This document shows positions 61,156-64,000 of a stretch of 64,000 nt of DNA, piece after piece. The DNA comes from Myxococcota bacterium (GTDB taxonomy: Bacteria > Myxococcota_A > UBA9042 > PHBI01 > JAWLBL01), in NCBI GenBank assembly GCA_041687695.1, contig JAWLBL010000037.1, positions 1 to 64,000 on the forward strand. The letters are read 5' to 3'. The translations under genes were made by a program, and so were the position numbers. Every line of letters starts with the position of its first letter. The stretch's first letter is position 1. The notes beneath the pieces were generated by a model. The model had not been told where the DNA came from and ran no database searches. It saw only the letters and a program-made list of their open reading frames with translations.

Positions 61156-63846
61156 TCAGGGCAGCGCGACCGGCCCCGGCGCCGTGAAGCCGTCGCCGTC
61201 CACGTCGACGTAGATGGGGTTGGTGAAGGCGTAGGTCGCGCCCGAGAACACCGGGCCGCCCTGGGTCGGCCCGCGCACCAGCACGACGTACCAGGCGTCG
61301 ACCTCGGGGCTCACCGCGAAGGTGTCGTCGAACCAGACGTTCGAGCCCTCGGCCGGGGCCGTCGCCGCGCGCGTCTCGACGTGCAGCCCGTTGGCGTACA
61401 GCTCGACCGTCGTCAGCGACAGCCACGACGGCACGCGCGCCACGACGCGCAGCGCGACCGGCCCCGCGCTGCCGTCGACCAGCTCGGTGTGGCCCATGCG
61501 CGTCTGCCCGTTGGCGGTCACCTCGACGAAGGCGCCCCGGGCGACGATGGCGTGCTGCTTGTGGATGGCGCTCACGATCTGATCGTCGGTCACGGCGCCC
61601 GGCGCGTCGTCGGGCACGCGCAGGTAGGTGCGCGGGTAGCCGGCGTTGTCGCCCACGTCGTGCGAGTCCGAGTTGCCGATGCCGCAGACCGGCAGGCCGC
61701 GGTTCAAGAACCCGAACCAGTCGGCCAGCACCGGCACGCTGGTCGACGGCTTGCCGGCCCAGCCGGCCCACCCCTCGGGCGTGAACTGCGAGGCGCTGCC
61801 CAGCGAGGCGTTGACCTCGACCCCGTCGAAGTCCAGCGCCAGCACGCCCTTGTTGCCTTCGCCGCCCCAGGCGTCGAAGCCCAGCGTGGTGAAGTAGCCC
61901 TTGATGCCGTTGTCGCGCGGGTGGTTGATGAGGATCGCGCGCTCGCCGGGCAGCGCGCGCACGTCGGCGAACACCTCGGGCACGGTCTTGCCGGCCCAGA
62001 GCTTGCTGCCCAACAGGGCGTGCGGGTCCTCGAGATCGGTCGGCAGCGGGAAGGTGTTGAAGTGCCCGACGCCGCTGATGCTCAGCTCGTTGCCCACGAT
62101 CCCGTGGAAGGCGGGGCCGGCGCCCAGGGCGTCCACCACCGGGCGGATGTCGACGACGTTGTCGTGGTCGGTGATGGCCGCGCAGTCCAGGCCCCCGGCC
62201 AGGTTCTCGCGCAGCTTGGCCGGCAGGGGCGCGTTGGCGTCCAGGCTGCCGGTCGTGTGCTGGTGGAAGTCGCAGCCGAGCCAACCGGCCGTCTCGACCG
62301 CGCGCGCCAGGTGCCCGGTCAGCACCTGCCCGTCGGTCAGCAGCACGTCGCTCAGCTCGAGGCGCTCGTGCTCGGGGCCGTGGCTGAGGACGACGTCGTA
62401 GTGGCCCGGCGGCACGCGCAGCACGTCGTCGCCGGCGCCCAGGAAGGCGACGTGGGTCTGGCCCGAGATGGAGCGCTCGCCCAGGCGGGGGTCGGGCTCG
62501 GGCACGTCCAGGCCGCTGAGGCTGACCTTGACCGGGAAGGTGCCGTCGCCGGTCGGCGTCGGGCCGTCGCCGGTCAGGGCGAGGGTGACCTCGGCCACCG
62601 CGCCCACCTCGAGCGCGGCCGTGGCGGGCGCGTCGGCGGCGACCGTGACGGGGACCGCCTCGGAGCGGGCGTGGCCGCGGCCCGAGGCGACCAGCTGGTA
62701 GGCGCCGGTGCGGGCGCGCAGCGTGAAGCGGCCCTCGGCGTCGGTGAGCGCCTGGGTGTGCGCGTGGTCGGGGTCGCCGCCGCCGGCCGGGACGGGCAGG
62801 GCGGTGACGTAGAGATCGGCGCCCGGCGCGCCCGAGGGCAGGGTGACCGTGCCCGAGACCTCGCCCGTCGCGACGTCCGCGCGCTCGAAGGCGCGGCCGA
62901 GCACCGCGCCGATGGAGTCGCCGACGACCAGGACGCGCTCGAAGACGGCCGCCTCGCCGGGCTCGAGCCAGGTGTCCATCGACAGGATGGCGGCCGTGCC
63001 CGAGGCGTCGACGATGGGCGCGTCGACCGTGCCGCCGTCGCCGCGGGCGTAGGCGTAGGACACGCCGTCGCCGCGGCCGGCGATGGCCGAGACGGTGCCG
63101 ATGCTGCTGCCCGAGACGAAGCCGGTCTCGGGCGTGAACAGGGTCAGCATCTTGCCGAAGGCCAGGAAGTCGCCGGCCATGAAGGACGTGCCCGTCTCGC
63201 CCGCGTTGGTGACGGTCGTGCGCAGGACGACCTCGGGCGCGCCGGGGCGGACCACGTAGTCCATCGTGGCCTCGAGCGGGTGCGAGCCGGCGAAGACGTC
63301 CAGGATGTCCAGGATGCCCGAGGTGCCCAGCTGGCCGCGCACGCGGAGGATGGCCTCCTGCCCGTCGGCGCCGTCGGCGAGGACCTCGACGGCCTCGGGG
63401 ACGAGCACCCGCCAGTCGACGATGGGGAAGGTCTCGCGGAACAGGTCGCCGCTGGGCGGTGTGACGCCGTCGCCGACCAGCTCGGCGTCGATGAGGTTGC
63501 CGCCCTGCAGGACGACGCCGACCGCGGCGTCGACGTCCTGGACGAGGAAGCGGGCCTGGGCGTTGCCGATGACCCAGGCCTTGCCCACCGCGCCGTAGGC
63601 GCCCGGGCCGCCGATGAGCTGGGCCGGCGTCTCGACCCGGTGCACGTACAGCTCGCTGACCGGCGCGACGGCGTCGGGGGCGTCCGGGGCGGCGGCGTCC
63701 TCGGCGGCGTCGATCGCGGCGTCCTCGGCCGCGTCGTCCGCCTTGGCGTCCTCGGCGGCGTCGGGGACATCGGGGGTGGGGGACGCCTCGGGCGCGCCGG
63801 AGCAGGCGGCCAGGGCGAGGGCGAACGGCAGGGCGCGGAGCTTCAT
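61156..63846 (-). CDS. PHP-domain (CehA/McbA-like) metallohydrolase lipoprotein with carboxypeptidase-regulatory-like domains
   Basis: Lipobox LALAAC; DFHQHT, ITDHD, GNELS..GHFN, INHPR, GNSDSH, GYPRTY and AFTNPIYVD. Confidence 0.82.
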   Translation of the reverse strand: MKLRALPFALALAACSGAPEASPTPDVPDAAEDAKADDAAEDAAIDAAEDAAAPDAPDAVAPVSELYVHRVETPAQLIGGPGAYGAVGKAWVIGNAQARFLVQDVDAAVGVVLQGGNLIDAELVGDGVTPPSGDLFRETFPIVDWRVLVPEAVEVLADGADGQEAILRVRGQLGTSGILDILDVFAGSHPLEATMDYVVRPGAPEVVLRTTVTNAGETGTSFMAGDFLAFGKMLTLFTPETGFVSGSSIGTVSAIAGRGDGVSYAYARGDGGTVDAPIVDASGTAAILSMDTWLEPGEAAVFERVLVVGDSIGAVLGRAFERADVATGEVSGTVTLPSGAPGADLYVTALPVPAGGGDPDHAHTQALTDAEGRFTLRARTGAYQLVASGRGHARSEAVPVTVAADAPATAALEVGAVAEVTLALTGDGPTPTGDGTFPVKVSLSGLDVPEPDPRLGERSISGQTHVAFLGAGDDVLRVPPGHYDVVLSHGPEHERLELSDVLLTDGQVLTGHLARAVETAGWLGCDFHQHTTGSLDANAPLPAKLRENLAGGLDCAAITDHDNVVDIRPVVDALGAGPAFHGIVGNELSISGVGHFNTFPLPTDLEDPHALLGSKLWAGKTVPEVFADVRALPGERAILINHPRDNGIKGYFTTLGFDAWGGEGNKGVLALDFDGVEVNASLGSASQFTPEGWAGWAGKPSTSVPVLADWFGFLNRGLPVCGIGNSDSHDVGDNAGYPRTYLRVPDDAPGAVTDDQIVSAIHKQHAIVARGAFVEVTANGQTRMGHTELVDGSAGPVALRVVARVPSWLSLTTVELYANGLHVETRAATAPAEGSNVWFDDTFAVSPEVDAWYVVLVRGPTQGGPVFSGATYAFTNPIYVDVDGDGFTAPGPVALP

Positions 63847-63930
63847 GGCGGCGGACGATAGCAGGTTGAGGGGACGCGCCCAATTGCGTTCGGGCGCGAC
63901 CAGGGTTATCGCAGGGGCGAGGAGGTCGCC

Positions 63931-64000
63931 GTGCCGGAGCTGCCCGAGGTCGAGTTGACGCGCCGCGCCCTGACGCGCTGGACCGTGGGGCGGCCGGTGG
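63931..64000 (+). CDS. mutM: Fpg/Nei DNA glycosylase, 5' end only
   Basis: GGAGG RBS, then GTG giving MPELPEVELTRRAL..., the N-terminal signature of the family. Confidence 0.85.
   Translation, partial: MPELPEVELTRRALTRWTVGRPV

Overview
High-GC chromosomal window. The gene content (Cys-rich lipoproteins, gspC-N layout, sigma54 regulation, orphan Dam) suggests a Myxococcota/deltaproteobacterial organism; this is inference. Positions 1-4050 are a decayed, nested IS cluster: IS66 tnpB and a tnpC C-terminal remnant bracket an inactivated IS21 (442-3062) and a second truncated istB. The rest is core or envelope chromosome. It holds a type II secretion operon (gspC-D-E-F-orf-G-H-I-J-K-L-M-N, minus strand) followed closely by an aldehyde dehydrogenase and a YcbB-type L,D-transpeptidase. 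It also holds an NtrC-type sigma54 activator, a DPPR-synthase-like UbiA gene, rsmB, a transglutaminase-elicitor lipoprotein, pcrA/uvrD, glmU-glmS, glnE, ilvE, a DEAD-box helicase, uvrB, a divergent MerB-fold protein, an orphan Dam-type methyltransferase, a PHP-type metallohydrolase lipoprotein and the start of mutM. I found no CRISPR array, rRNA, tRNA, prophage or defence island. The best leads are: (1) a candidate sigma54 circuit in which one 13-bp palindrome occurs twice upstream of gspC and twice upstream of the nearby activator gene; (2) a GP42/Pep-13-like transglutaminase lipoprotein with its own candidate sigma54 promoter; (3) a MerB-fold protein that appears to have lost both catalytic Cys and gained CxxC and CxxxC motifs; (4) a 184-bp CTAG-flanked MITE. 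All family calls come from motif recognition by eye. I cannot confirm that any of these is a previously undescribed system.
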